Part shown: piece by piece, positions 14,866 to 24,016 of the stretch
How the letters are laid out: every line of letters starts with the position of its first letter
Numbering within the stretch: the first letter of the stretch is position 1
Source: Candidatus Saccharimonadales bacterium
Lineage (GTDB): Bacteria > Patescibacteriota > Saccharimonadia > Saccharimonadales > UBA10212
NCBI GenBank assembly: GCA_035718045.1
Contig: DASTHV010000034.1
Span: 1 to 33,456, forward strand
Reading direction: 5' to 3'
Length of the DNA stretch: 33,456 nucleotides
The notes under the pieces: generated by a model
Databases searched by the model: none
What the model was told of the DNA's origin: nothing
The model's input: only the letters and a program-made list of their open reading frames with translations
Made by a program: the position numbers and the translations under genes

Positions 14866-16131
14866 ATGCGCGACTTTGCCGGCACTATACTAGGAAAGTT
14901 AATTAGGCTGGGATTGGCGTTTAGGCGGCGAGGCGGCCAGGCCTTACCCGGCTTGATAATTGAGAGCTTATTTCCCGGCTATGTGCCGTCAATGCTTCAG
15001 AGGTTGCCGGAGGGGGTAGTTATAATCACCGGCACCAATGGCAAGACGACTACCACCAAAATCGTGGTTGAGATTTTAAAGTCCCAAGGTAAGCGAGTTT
15101 TGACAAATTCGACCGGTAGCAATCTGGTGCGGGGCATCGCCTCGTCGCTGTCCCAGCACGCCAAGCTATCAGGGAAACTGCCTTTTGATATGGCTGTCCT
15201 AGAGGTGGATGAAGCTACCGCCAGGTTGCTCGTGAGGGGCGTTAAGCCGCGGTGGGTAGTTGGATTGAATGTCAGCCGTGATCAATTAGATAGATTCGGC
15301 GAGGTCGACACGATTGCAGGCTATGTCGGTGATGCCATGTCAGCGGCGACGGAAGGCATTGTTACCAATGCCGGTGACCCACACTTGTTGAAACAGGCGT
15401 CAAGCCGAAAGGTTCCGGTCCATTTTTTTGGAGCGGCCAAAAGTTTGTCCAAGTTCTTCCCTAACGATTACGAACTGGCCGCAGTTGATAAAAACCTGTC
15501 TGCGCCAGAGGCCGAGGGGCCAATCGAAGTGGAGCTGAGCGCCTTTAGCGGCCGAGCCGCAACTTATAAAGTAGGTGGTAAGCAATACCAGTCGGAACTT
15601 AAGCTTACCGGCCAGCATAACTTTTTAAACGGGGCGGCGGCTTTAGCTCTATGCCGGCAATTATTACCTGAAACTCCAGTTGAGAATTTAGTGCAAGGAC
15701 TCTCTAACGTTTCTTTGGCGTTTGGTAGAGGCGAAAAGTACATACTTAAAAATGGAACTGAAATCGAACTGGTCCTGGTTAAAAATCCAGCTAGCTTTAC
15801 CCAGGCCCTATCATCCTATAGTGGTGATGCCAATCTGATGATTGCCATTAATGACAATATTGCCGATGGACGGGATGTATCCTGGCTATGGGATGTCAAT
15901 TTTAGTCCGCTAACTAGTCAAAAAATTGCTTTGACTAGCGGCAGTCGGGCGGTCGACATAGCCCTGCGGCTACAATATGACGATATTAAAGTGTCAACGA
16001 TCGAGCCGGATTTGGCCAAAGCCGTAAGGCTGCTTAGCGACCAATCCGGACCAAAGATTATTTTGTCAACTTACACAGCCATGCTTCAGCTGTATAAGCT
16101 ACTATCGGGGCATGGACGGAGGGTTTTGTGA
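14866..16131 (+). CDS. murT: Lipid II isoglutaminyl synthase, Mur-ligase-like subunit MurT
   Basis: ITGTNGKTTT P-loop, SRDQLDRFGEVD, VKNPASFTQAL, and the C-terminal DUF1727-type block INDNIADGRDVSWLWDVNF. Collinear with my recollection of S. aureus MurT. Confidence 0.8.
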   Translation: MRDFAGTILGKLIRLGLAFRRRGGQALPGLIIESLFPGYVPSMLQRLPEGVVIITGTNGKTTTTKIVVEILKSQGKRVLTNSTGSNLVRGIASSLSQHAKLSGKLPFDMAVLEVDEATARLLVRGVKPRWVVGLNVSRDQLDRFGEVDTIAGYVGDAMSAATEGIVTNAGDPHLLKQASSRKVPVHFFGAAKSLSKFFPNDYELAAVDKNLSAPEAEGPIEVELSAFSGRAATYKVGGKQYQSELKLTGQHNFLNGAAALALCRQLLPETPVENLVQGLSNVSLAFGRGEKYILKNGTEIELVLVKNPASFTQALSSYSGDANLMIAINDNIADGRDVSWLWDVNFSPLTSQKIALTSGSRAVDIALRLQYDDIKVSTIEPDLAKAVRLLSDQSGPKIILSTYTAMLQLYKLLSGHGRRVL

Positions 16132-16841
16132 AACAGCTCGATATCCTGCACCTGTATCCAAACGAGCTGAATACTTACGGGGACTACGGCAACGCTTTAG
16201 TATTAAGGAAACGCGCTCTTTGGCACGGTCTTCAGCCGCGCATCCATCACCATCACCCTGGCGGCAAATTACCGGATCAGATTGATATCGTGATTGGCGG
16301 CGGCGGCCAGGACTCAGCCCAGACCGACGTTCAAAAGGACATTTTAAAAATTGCGGACGAACTGCACCGCCTGGTCGCCGCCGGCGCCCCGATGATTTTG
16401 ATTTGCGGCACCTATCAGTTGTTCGGTCATAGATACGTCACCCATGATGGGCAAGAGGTAAGGGGCATCGGTATTTTTGACGCTGAAACTTTTGGCGCAA
16501 CTAAGCGGATGGTCGGTAACGTGAAGGTCAAGTCAGACTTTGGCTGGCTTTACGGTTTTGAAAACCACAGTGGCCAGACTTTTCTTGGCCGGAACCAGCC
16601 GCCTCTGGGTAAGGTTATCAGGGGCGGCGGCAACAACGGCAAAGATAAAACCGAAGGTGCCAGGATTAATAATGTTTTTGGCACCTATATGCATGGTCCA
16701 CTACTACCCAATAACCCGCAATTCTGCGATGAGCTGATCAAACTGGCCGCGATCAACCGTTACAAAAAGTTTGTTCCAGCGAAAATTAACGATTCACTAT
16801 CCGAACTGACCCGGGCAGCGGCCAATCATCGTCGCTATTAA
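16128..16841 (+). CDS. gatD: Lipid II isoglutaminyl synthase, glutamine amidotransferase subunit GatD
   Basis: The GTG start overlaps the murT stop (GTGA). Nucleophile Cys lies in ICGTYQLFG. GFENHSGQT and GTYMHGPLLPNNP match CobQ-type GATase/GatD. Confidence 0.8.
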   Translation: MKQLDILHLYPNELNTYGDYGNALVLRKRALWHGLQPRIHHHHPGGKLPDQIDIVIGGGGQDSAQTDVQKDILKIADELHRLVAAGAPMILICGTYQLFGHRYVTHDGQEVRGIGIFDAETFGATKRMVGNVKVKSDFGWLYGFENHSGQTFLGRNQPPLGKVIRGGGNNGKDKTEGARINNVFGTYMHGPLLPNNPQFCDELIKLAAINRYKKFVPAKINDSLSELTRAAANHRRY

Positions 16842-16860
16842 TTGCTACACTTAATAAATA

Positions 16861-18897
16861 GTGGAATTAACCTCACCGATCACAGAGTTAAAAGGGGTGG
16901 GCGACGGGCTGGCCGGCAAGCTTGGCGGTCTGGGTATTCATACCGTCAGCGATTTAATAGAAAATTATCCACGGCGCTATGACGATTATTCCAACATTAC
17001 CGCTATAGAGAATCTGCACCCTGGCCCAGTCACGATTCAAGCCAAAATCAGCTCCGTGACCGGTCGATACGTCAGGCGCGGCATGCATATAACGGAGGCC
17101 ATTGCCACAGACGACACCGCCAGCGTGCGGCTGGTTTGGTTTAATCAGCCTTACCGCAGTGGGGCAATCAAGCACGGGCAGCAGTACTTCGTGGCCGGCG
17201 AATACGCCATGCGGCGCAGCCGTTTTAGCATCGCCAACCCGTCGGTAGAATTAGTCAGCGATTTTCCGGTCAATACGGCCCGGATTATTCCGATTTACCG
17301 CGAGACTAAGGGACTGAAATCCTATTTGGTTCGCAAGCTGGTGCGTGAAGCGCTTAATTCAATCGGTGATTTGCCAGAACACCTGCCAGGCTGGTTGCTG
17401 GATAACCAAAAACTTATGAACTACAGCCAAGCGGTCAGTGAAGTTCATTTTCCCAGTTCGTCAAAAATTCTAACCGAAGCCAAACGCCGGCTGGCCTTTG
17501 AAGAGGTTTTTGAGCTGACCTTGGCTGCGTTATTGAATAAACAAGAAATTAAACACGAAAAAAGTCTGGCTATTGCTTTCAATGAAAAACTAGCCCGCGA
17601 CTTTGTGACTGCACTGCCTTTTAAGTTAACTAACGCTCAGCGGAAGGTCGCCTGGCAAATTTTTCAAGACATGACAAAATACCAGCCAATGAACCGATTG
17701 GTGGAAGGCGACGTGGGCAGCGGCAAGACGGTTGTGGCAGCCATGGCGGCGGCTATGGCCATGGTTCAGGGATTTCAAGTGGCGTTGATGGCGCCCACCG
17801 AGATATTAGCCCGTCAGCACGCCGACACGATACTTAACTTGTTAAGTAATGTCGGTTTTGGTCAGCAGGTCAGTTTGCTGGTAGGCAGTTTAAAGCCGCC
17901 CCAAAAGAAACTGGCGCACCAAAAAATAGCCAGCGGCGAAATCAAGATGATTATCGGTACTCAGGCCCTAATTGCCGAAAAGGTGGACATGCATAAACTG
18001 GGACTGATTATCATTGACGAGCAGCACCGTTTTGGCGTTGAGCAGCGCAAAAAACTACAGGCCAAAGCCGGACACATGCCACATGTGCTTCATATGACCG
18101 CCACGCCGATTCCGCGCAGCCTAGCTCTGACTTTATACGGCGAACTGGATATCTCGGTCTTAGACGAACTGCCGCCTGGCCGCCAGGTGATAGAGACCCG
18201 GATTTGCAATCCGGTTTCGCGTGGTGCGTTGTATGAAAAAATTGACAAACAATTGGCGGCTGGCCGCCAAATGTTTGTTGTCTGCCCGCTGATAATTGAT
18301 TCTGAAACCAGCGGCGGTCTGTCGGCAGAAGAAGTTTACGCACGCCTGAGCAAGCACGATTTTAAACATCGGAAAGTCGCTTTACTGCATGGCAAGCTGA
18401 AGCCGGCCGATAAGGAAAAGGTCATGGCGGCTTTTTTGGACCATAAGTACGATATTTTGGTAAGTACTACAGTTATTGAGGTTGGGGTGGATGTACCAAA
18501 CGCCAGCATCATGATGATAGAGGGTGCGGAGCGGTTCGGACTAGCTCAAATCCACCAGTTGCGTGGCCGCGTAGGTCGCGGCGCTCACAAAAGCTATTGT
18601 TATTTAGTGCTAAGCGATGCCAAGTCCTATTCCGAACGCCTGCGGGCGCTCGAAAGTACTACTGACGGCTTCAAACTGTCTGAACTTGACCTAAGGTTGC
18701 GGGGCCCAGGGGCTATTTATGGAACTTTACAGCATGGAGCTTTGGATCTGCGCATCGCCAAACTGACCGACATCAGACTTATTGCCTCCGCCAGAACCGC
18801 CGCTCAAAACTTCCTAGATCGTAAAGAAGTTTGGCAAAAATATCCTCGCCTTCGTTCCAGAGTCGCTATGCTGCGGGCTATCACTAACCTGAATTAA
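16861..18897 (+). CDS. recG: ATP-dependent DNA helicase RecG
   Basis: The N-terminal wedge region begins ...LKGVG..LA.KL..LGI.TV.DL. Helicase motifs: GDVGSGKT, DEQHRFG, TATPIPRSL, QLRGRVGRG. Confidence 0.9.
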   Translation: MELTSPITELKGVGDGLAGKLGGLGIHTVSDLIENYPRRYDDYSNITAIENLHPGPVTIQAKISSVTGRYVRRGMHITEAIATDDTASVRLVWFNQPYRSGAIKHGQQYFVAGEYAMRRSRFSIANPSVELVSDFPVNTARIIPIYRETKGLKSYLVRKLVREALNSIGDLPEHLPGWLLDNQKLMNYSQAVSEVHFPSSSKILTEAKRRLAFEEVFELTLAALLNKQEIKHEKSLAIAFNEKLARDFVTALPFKLTNAQRKVAWQIFQDMTKYQPMNRLVEGDVGSGKTVVAAMAAAMAMVQGFQVALMAPTEILARQHADTILNLLSNVGFGQQVSLLVGSLKPPQKKLAHQKIASGEIKMIIGTQALIAEKVDMHKLGLIIIDEQHRFGVEQRKKLQAKAGHMPHVLHMTATPIPRSLALTLYGELDISVLDELPPGRQVIETRICNPVSRGALYEKIDKQLAAGRQMFVVCPLIIDSETSGGLSAEEVYARLSKHDFKHRKVALLHGKLKPADKEKVMAAFLDHKYDILVSTTVIEVGVDVPNASIMMIEGAERFGLAQIHQLRGRVGRGAHKSYCYLVLSDAKSYSERLRALESTTDGFKLSELDLRLRGPGAIYGTLQHGALDLRIAKLTDIRLIASARTAAQNFLDRKEVWQKYPRLRSRVAMLRAITNLN

Positions 18898-18946
18898 ATG
18901 CCGCTTATGCTTGCTAAAGCCTATACTAGGCAATATAGTTAGCGAT

Positions 18947-19420
18947 ATGGCGAGCGTTGAAGGCCTAAGCGAAGGCTTAAATATATTCAAGTTTAAACCG
19001 GTAGAGCTTTTAGCTATTGAAGCCGAGGACGGAGTTCTTGGCGCACCGGCGGCTCACCGGCAACTCGAGAGCCAGCTTACAGAGCCGTTTGACCAGACTT
19101 ATGGGCTTGGCTTTACCGAGCAGGAGATTTATTTCGCAGGCGCTCAGCCGGAACTAGTTGAAGATACCTCACGGCTTACAAAAGTCACGCTGCCGGGCGG
19201 CTTTTATGCCGAGGCCTATATGGACAACTGGCAAGATAAGATTGATATGATAGGCGTAGCCTTGAGGGCTGTTGAAGAGTGGGTACGTAATGCCCGGGGG
19301 ATAGATCTCTGGGTCGATTCACGAAGACCGAATGTTGAAGTTTATCGTCACGTTGGCCAAACTGCAGCGAACCTGGCGCTGCGGGTACCGGTCAAAACCG
19401 TTCGCTTCGATCAGGTTTAA
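18947..19420 (+). CDS. Hypothetical small protein, possibly GyrI-like/effector-binding fold
   Basis: 157 aa from ATG 18947, with TATAGT 7 nt upstream. The pattern VTLPGGFYAEAY...IDMIGVALRAVEEWV...VEVY resembles the GyrI-like small-molecule-binding domain. This is a weak, motif-level call. Confidence 0.4.
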   Translation: MASVEGLSEGLNIFKFKPVELLAIEAEDGVLGAPAAHRQLESQLTEPFDQTYGLGFTEQEIYFAGAQPELVEDTSRLTKVTLPGGFYAEAYMDNWQDKIDMIGVALRAVEEWVRNARGIDLWVDSRRPNVEVYRHVGQTAANLALRVPVKTVRFDQV

Positions 19421-19433
19421 CTATAATATTATT

Positions 19434-19967
19434 ATGAGAATCATCGCCGGCAGTCTAAAGGGCAGGGAGTTCAAGTCGCCGCATGGGCATCGAACTCATC
19501 CGATGAGCGAGAAAGTCCGGGGCGCTCTATTCAACATGCTCGGTGATATAGATGGGCTGACTTTTTTAGACGCTTTTGCCGGCAGTGGCGCCTTAGCGTT
19601 CGAGGCTGTCAGCCGCGGCGCGGCGTTTTTTAGGGCTATAGATAGTGATAAATCGGCTCATCGGACCTTAGCCGAAAATATAAAACAGCTCAATTTGACA
19701 GATAAAATCAAAGCCACGCGAGCCAACAGTAGCGGCTGGAGCGATAATAACCCCGACGAATTATTCGACATAGTTTTTTTGGCGCCGCCTTATGACGAAT
19801 TGCAGGAAAATCTACTTTATAAATTAAGCCGGCACGTAAAATCGGGCGGTCTTTTAGTGCTTGACTGGCCGGGGAAACTGGAACCGCTGGCTTTTAAGAG
19901 CTTTGACACCGTAGCAGATAAAAGTTATGGCGACGCCCAACTAGTCTTTTATCGCAAAATCCAGTAA
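19434..19967 (+). CDS. rsmD: 16S rRNA (guanine966-N2)-methyltransferase RsmD
   Basis: MRIIAGSLKGREFKSP...RTHPMSEKVRGALFNML, SAM motif DAFAGSGALAFEAVSRGA, and catalytic FLAPPYD. Start at ATG 19434 (TATAAT 6 nt upstream) rather than 19332, which would overlap the preceding ORF. Confidence 0.85.
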   Translation: MRIIAGSLKGREFKSPHGHRTHPMSEKVRGALFNMLGDIDGLTFLDAFAGSGALAFEAVSRGAAFFRAIDSDKSAHRTLAENIKQLNLTDKIKATRANSSGWSDNNPDELFDIVFLAPPYDELQENLLYKLSRHVKSGGLLVLDWPGKLEPLAFKSFDTVADKSYGDAQLVFYRKIQ

Positions 19968-19985
19968 AATACCTCTGATAATTCT

Positions 19986-20070
19986 GGGGACGTGGTGGAA
20001 TTGGTAGACACGCTAGCCTTAGGAGCTAGTGGGGCAACCCGTGAAGGTTCAAGTCCTTTCGTCCCCACCA
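19986..20070 (+). tRNA. tRNA-Leu (anticodon UAG), class II with long variable arm, CCA encoded
   Basis: Manual cloverleaf. Acceptor: GGGGACG/CGUCCCC. D stem: GUG/CAC. Anticodon stem CUAGC/GCUAG with loop CUUAGGA. Variable arm: GGG-GCAA-CCC. T arm: GAAGG-UUCAAGU-CCUUU. 3' end: ACCA. Confidence 0.9.
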
Positions 20071-20083
20071 GGATTTAACTAAC

Positions 20084-20830
20084 TTACCCTAATCTTTTGA
20101 GCTGTTGGTAGCGCATGGCCGGTGCGATTGAGTACAGACAGCCAAAAATAAAGGCGATCAGGCCGCCGATAAATGGCAAAATCGATATGAGCGATATTAA
20201 AACCGTTACACCTATCACCCCCCAGATCGCGCCGGTGTTCTTCTTTGTCAAAGTCGCGCTTTCTTCCAAAGCCTCGCGAATACTTAAATTCTTATCAAGC
20301 ATGGCGTACGGGGCCAGATAGTAGCGTCGGAAAAAAATAACCCCGGGTACTACCAGTAGAATCAAACCGACTACCACGATTACCGCGGTTACGATATATA
20401 AACCCAACATTCTTAGACCAAGCTGTTTGGTCACGCTCCAGAGATCTTGAAAATCCAAGCGCTGCCCCCTAACAGCATCTAACTGGGCAGACTGGGACAT
20501 CACCGTGGCGATGGTACCGATTATCAATACGATTAGAAACCAGACAATCGATGCGCCGACAAACGCCGAGAAACCATAATCCGGAAACGGATTGGCCGGA
20601 CCGCCGGAGCTGAAGCCGTAGGCGTGGTCCCACCAGTGGTGCGGCTGACCGGCTGCCGGTGACCAGATCCAATCATGAATACCAAAAATCAAAGGCACGG
20701 CGTACAGCGGACCAAAGATCCAGATATGGCGCATGACCAATTCTTTACTAGGGGTGAACAAATCAAAAGCACTCGGCAGATGAAATGCCGAGTTACGTCT
20801 TGGACGACTGCTTGTACGTGCCATCGGCAT
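20084..20830 (-). CDS. Hypothetical polytopic integral membrane protein
   Basis: 248-aa ORF with about 5-6 hydrophobic helices (e.g. IVWFLIVLIIGTIATV, GLYIVTAVIVVVGLILLVVPGVIFF, VIGVTVLISLISILPFIGGLIAFIFG). No catalytic motif recognised. The start may be the second ATG (20824-20822). Confidence 0.6.
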   Translation of the reverse strand: MPMARTSSRPRRNSAFHLPSAFDLFTPSKELVMRHIWIFGPLYAVPLIFGIHDWIWSPAAGQPHHWWDHAYGFSSGGPANPFPDYGFSAFVGASIVWFLIVLIIGTIATVMSQSAQLDAVRGQRLDFQDLWSVTKQLGLRMLGLYIVTAVIVVVGLILLVVPGVIFFRRYYLAPYAMLDKNLSIREALEESATLTKKNTGAIWGVIGVTVLISLISILPFIGGLIAFIFGCLYSIAPAMRYQQLKRLG

Positions 20831-20876
20831 ACATTATATATGAATTTGCGCCTACTGCCGGCTATAATTAAAGACA

Positions 20877-22172
20877 ATGAACTTATCTACCCAGCCATAT
20901 AAAGGCGCCCGCGATTTTTACCCGCCGGACAAGCGTATCCAAAAATACATGTTCGGCGTGCTGCGCGAAGTAGTCGAAAAGTTCGGCTACCAAGAATACG
21001 ATGCGCCGATAATCGAACCAGTTGAGATATATTTGGCCAAGACCGGCGAGGAAATCGTTAACGAGCAACTGTATTCGTTTGAAGATAAAGGCGGCCGCAA
21101 GGTAGCCATTAGACCGGAAATGACACCTAGTGTCAGCCGGATGGTGGCCGGACGACGCCAAGAATTGGCTTATCCTTTGCGGTGGTACAGTATCCCAAAC
21201 CTTTGGCGTTACGAGCGTCCACAGGCTGGCCGCTTGCGTGAGCACTGGCAGCTGAACGTCGATATATTCGGAATTGACGGCATCGGTGGCGATCACGAAA
21301 TCATTAGCGTCGCCAACGATATAATGCGGACTTTTGGTGCACCGGACGACAGTTATGTCATCCGCGTCAGCAGCCGCCAACTGGTTGATGAGTTCTTTCG
21401 GCAGTATATGAGGCTCAATGAGCGGCAATACTACCAGACGATTAAACTGATAGACCGCTGGCATAAGATCGATAGGGCTGATTTTCAGGCTCAAGCCAAA
21501 GAGATTTTATCCAGCGCCAAACAGTACACAGAACTGATAGACTTACTGGAGTCCAAAAGCTTGGACTCGTTACCTGCGGCTGTGCGCGAGCATTCTTCGG
21601 CGAAGCAGCTGGCGGAGCTGGTTGAACTTCTTAACGTCTCCAATGTAAAAAGTGCTGAATTCGACTTTTCGGTGATCCGCGGCATGGACTACTACAATAA
21701 TATCGTTTTTGAAGTGTTCGATACCGATCCGTCCAACATCCGTTCGATGTTCGGCGGCGGGCGTTATGACGGTCTAGTCGGTTTATTCGGCGCGGAAACT
21801 ATTTCTACCGTCGGTTTTGGTATGGGCGATGTAACTTTGCAGCGGTTTTTAGAGGCCCATAAGCTCTTGCCTAAATTAGAGGTTGAGACCGACGCTGTGG
21901 CGATTCTGATCGGTGACGTTTACGCCCAGGCGCAGACAGTGATGCAGGAACTAAGGTTAGCCGGCGCTAAGGTGGCCATTGATAGCACCGGACGCAAATT
22001 GGACGCTCAAATCCGCAGCGCCGTAAAATCCGGCGTCCGTTATGCTTTATTTATCGGCGAAACAGAATTAAATTCGCAAACATTCAAACTGCGCGATTTG
22101 CAAAAAGGCCAGGAGCACGAACTGACAATCGAGCAGATAGCCAGCACGCTTAACGTCCGCCGCGCGGCTTAA
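20877..22172 (+). CDS. hisS: Histidine--tRNA ligase
   Basis: Class II motifs: RPEMTPSVSRMV, RWYSIPNLWRYERPQAGRLREHWQLNVDIFG, GGGRYDGLV. C-terminal anticodon-binding domain present. Confidence 0.9.
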   Translation: MNLSTQPYKGARDFYPPDKRIQKYMFGVLREVVEKFGYQEYDAPIIEPVEIYLAKTGEEIVNEQLYSFEDKGGRKVAIRPEMTPSVSRMVAGRRQELAYPLRWYSIPNLWRYERPQAGRLREHWQLNVDIFGIDGIGGDHEIISVANDIMRTFGAPDDSYVIRVSSRQLVDEFFRQYMRLNERQYYQTIKLIDRWHKIDRADFQAQAKEILSSAKQYTELIDLLESKSLDSLPAAVREHSSAKQLAELVELLNVSNVKSAEFDFSVIRGMDYYNNIVFEVFDTDPSNIRSMFGGGRYDGLVGLFGAETISTVGFGMGDVTLQRFLEAHKLLPKLEVETDAVAILIGDVYAQAQTVMQELRLAGAKVAIDSTGRKLDAQIRSAVKSGVRYALFIGETELNSQTFKLRDLQKGQEHELTIEQIASTLNVRRAA

Positions 22173-22215
22173 TCCCTGGAAAAACAGATAAAAAATCTGT
22201 ATAATTGCTTTTCGT

Positions 22216-23502
22216 ATGCGAGTTAGTAGGACCCAGGATAGCCCAACAAAGGTCACTTTGACGGTTACTGCCGATACCGCCGACCTTAGCCCGATACATC
22301 GTCATGTACTGGGGCATTTTCGGCGGAACGTCAAAGTACCCGGTTTTAGAACCGGCAAGGCGCCAGTCGAGTTGGTTGAAAAAAACGTCAATCAACAAGC
22401 GTTACTAGATGAGTTTATGGAACACGCCCTAAATGAGCTTTATCGACAGGCGATTTCTGCTGAGAAGCTCCGGCCGACCGCAACACCGGACGTGCAATTG
22501 AAAAAATTCGTGCCATATACGGAGCTCCAATTCGAAATCAAACTAGATGTTATCGGCCCGATTAAACTGCCGAACTATAAAGCCATTCGCCAACCCAAGC
22601 CAAAAGTCAGCATAACCGCCAAAGACATTGACGAGGTAATTAAGTCCTTGCAGAACCGGCTGGCCGAGCGAGTTGAAACCAAGCGGGCGGCCAAACTGGG
22701 CGACGAGTTAATCATTGATTTCGCCGGCAAAGATTCTGATGGCAAAGCGATCAACGGCACCGACGGCAAGGACTATCCGCTGCTGCTTGGCGGCAACAGT
22801 TTTATTCCCGGGTTCGAAGATAATCTTATTGGGATCAGTTCTGGCGGCTCAAAAGAGTTCGAGGTCGCTTTTCCGAAGGATTACGGCGTAGCGGCGATGC
22901 GGCAGCGAAAAGTGATATTTAACGTCCAGGTCAAGAAGGTCAATGAGCTAAAAATGCCAAAGGTCGATGATGAGTTGGCCAAAAAAGCCGGCCCGTTTAA
23001 TACCCTGGCCGAACTGAAAGCCGATATTAAAAAAGAGCTGAGCGCCGAGCGCCAGCGCCAGGCCGACATTGATCACCAAAACGAGCTGATTCGTAGAATC
23101 ACCGAAGAATCACACGTAGATCTGCCCCAAAACCTACTGGATGACGAACTGACCCGCTTAGAAGACGAAGAAAAGCGTAATTTGGCTTACCGCGGCCAAA
23201 CCTGGCAGGAGCACCTCAAAGAAGAAGGCGTCAGCGAGCAGGAGCATCGCGGCCGTTATAAGCCGGAGGCCCAAGAAAGAGTCAAGGCCGGTCTGGTGCT
23301 TAGCGAAATTTCCGAGCTGGAAGGCCTACAAGTTACGCCGCAGGAGCTGGAAATCAGGATGCAGCTGCTAAAAAATCAGTATCAGGACCCGCAGATGCGA
23401 GCCGAGCTAGATAAGCCGGATGCAGCCAGAGATATCCAGGCTCGGTTGTTGACCGAGAAAACCATCGATAAACTGGTCGAATACGCCAGCGGCTCCAAAT
23501 AG
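22216..23502 (+). CDS. tig: Trigger factor (ribosome-associated chaperone/PPIase)
   Basis: Ribosome-binding signature VPGFRTGKAPVELVEK, FKBP-type PPIase region (IDFAGKDSDGK...GGNSFIPGFEDNLIG), and C-terminal arm domain. Confidence 0.9.
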   Translation: MRVSRTQDSPTKVTLTVTADTADLSPIHRHVLGHFRRNVKVPGFRTGKAPVELVEKNVNQQALLDEFMEHALNELYRQAISAEKLRPTATPDVQLKKFVPYTELQFEIKLDVIGPIKLPNYKAIRQPKPKVSITAKDIDEVIKSLQNRLAERVETKRAAKLGDELIIDFAGKDSDGKAINGTDGKDYPLLLGGNSFIPGFEDNLIGISSGGSKEFEVAFPKDYGVAAMRQRKVIFNVQVKKVNELKMPKVDDELAKKAGPFNTLAELKADIKKELSAERQRQADIDHQNELIRRITEESHVDLPQNLLDDELTRLEDEEKRNLAYRGQTWQEHLKEEGVSEQEHRGRYKPEAQERVKAGLVLSEISELEGLQVTPQELEIRMQLLKNQYQDPQMRAELDKPDAARDIQARLLTEKTIDKLVEYASGSK

Positions 23503-23556
23503 TTTGTGAGATTTTTTATAGTCGGTCAGTAAATACCTATTCAGAATGAACCAGTA

Positions 23557-23997
23557 ATGCCCAAGGAAGAATTCAATCAGGGCCGCGATAGCGAAGCGAT
23601 CGAAGATTCGGAAGCTCGTTTTAGGTCGGCCCATGACAGGCAGAAACTGCGAGCCGACAAAGAAGCCCTATATGCCTATATTGAAGATGTTATGCGTCGG
23701 TACGCCGCCGGTGAAGACGTCTGGAAAGTAGGCGTTGGCGGCGAGCAAACTGTCTATACCCTATTTTCTAATTATCAAAGAATTGGCCGGCTAGCCGAAC
23801 GCGATGACGGAGCATATGACGTCTTTGTGGCTGGGACGGATGGTCTACATATTTACGGCGATGGCGGCCCGCTTATTTCCGGCGTCGATTTTCTAGAACG
23901 ATTGGCTAGTTCCTGGCGGGTCCAAACTGAAACATCGTCGGATACACCCTCTATCCCTGATTTTAATTGGCACTCTGGGTTGACGAGTGCTAATTAA
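23557..23997 (+). CDS. Hypothetical protein (146 aa) between tig and clpP
   Basis: Intact ORF with an acidic N-terminus and no recognisable motif. Its last 10 codons overlap the CIRCE element and the -35 of the clpP promoter. Confidence 0.45.
   Translation: MPKEEFNQGRDSEAIEDSEARFRSAHDRQKLRADKEALYAYIEDVMRRYAAGEDVWKVGVGGEQTVYTLFSNYQRIGRLAERDDGAYDVFVAGTDGLHIYGDGGPLISGVDFLERLASSWRVQTETSSDTPSIPDFNWHSGLTSAN
23967..23993. promoter_or_regulatory. CIRCE-type inverted repeat (HrcA operator) upstream of clpP
   Basis: TTGGCACTC-tgggttgac-GAGTGCTAA versus TTAGCACTC-N9-GAGTGCTAA. The left arm matches 8/9, the right arm 9/9, and the spacer is 9 nt. It overlaps the -35 hexamer. Confidence 0.75.
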
Positions 23998-24008
23998 TTT
24001 CCTAAAAT
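23980..24008 (+). promoter_or_regulatory. Sigma-70-like clpP promoter (TTGACG-17 nt-TAAAAT)
   Basis: TTGACG at 23980-23985, a 17-nt spacer, and TAAAAT at 24003-24008. Confidence 0.6.
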
Positions 24009-24016
24009 AGAAGCGT

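Noticed and set aside
19332-19433. Long form of the RsmD ORF, overlapping the preceding gene by 89 nt
   Set aside because: The extension (MLKFIVTLAKLQRTWRCG...) is the out-of-frame shadow of the upstream ORF. The conserved RsmD N-terminus MRIIAG starts at 19434, with TATAAT 6 nt upstream.
19965-19985. Dedicated promoter for tRNA-Leu (TAAAAT 19965-19970 or GATAAT 19977-19982)
   Set aside because: The hexamers lie in the last codons and stop of rsmD and are too close to the mature 5' end (GATAAT is 3 nt away). Co-transcription with rsmD is equally likely, and the sequence alone cannot decide.
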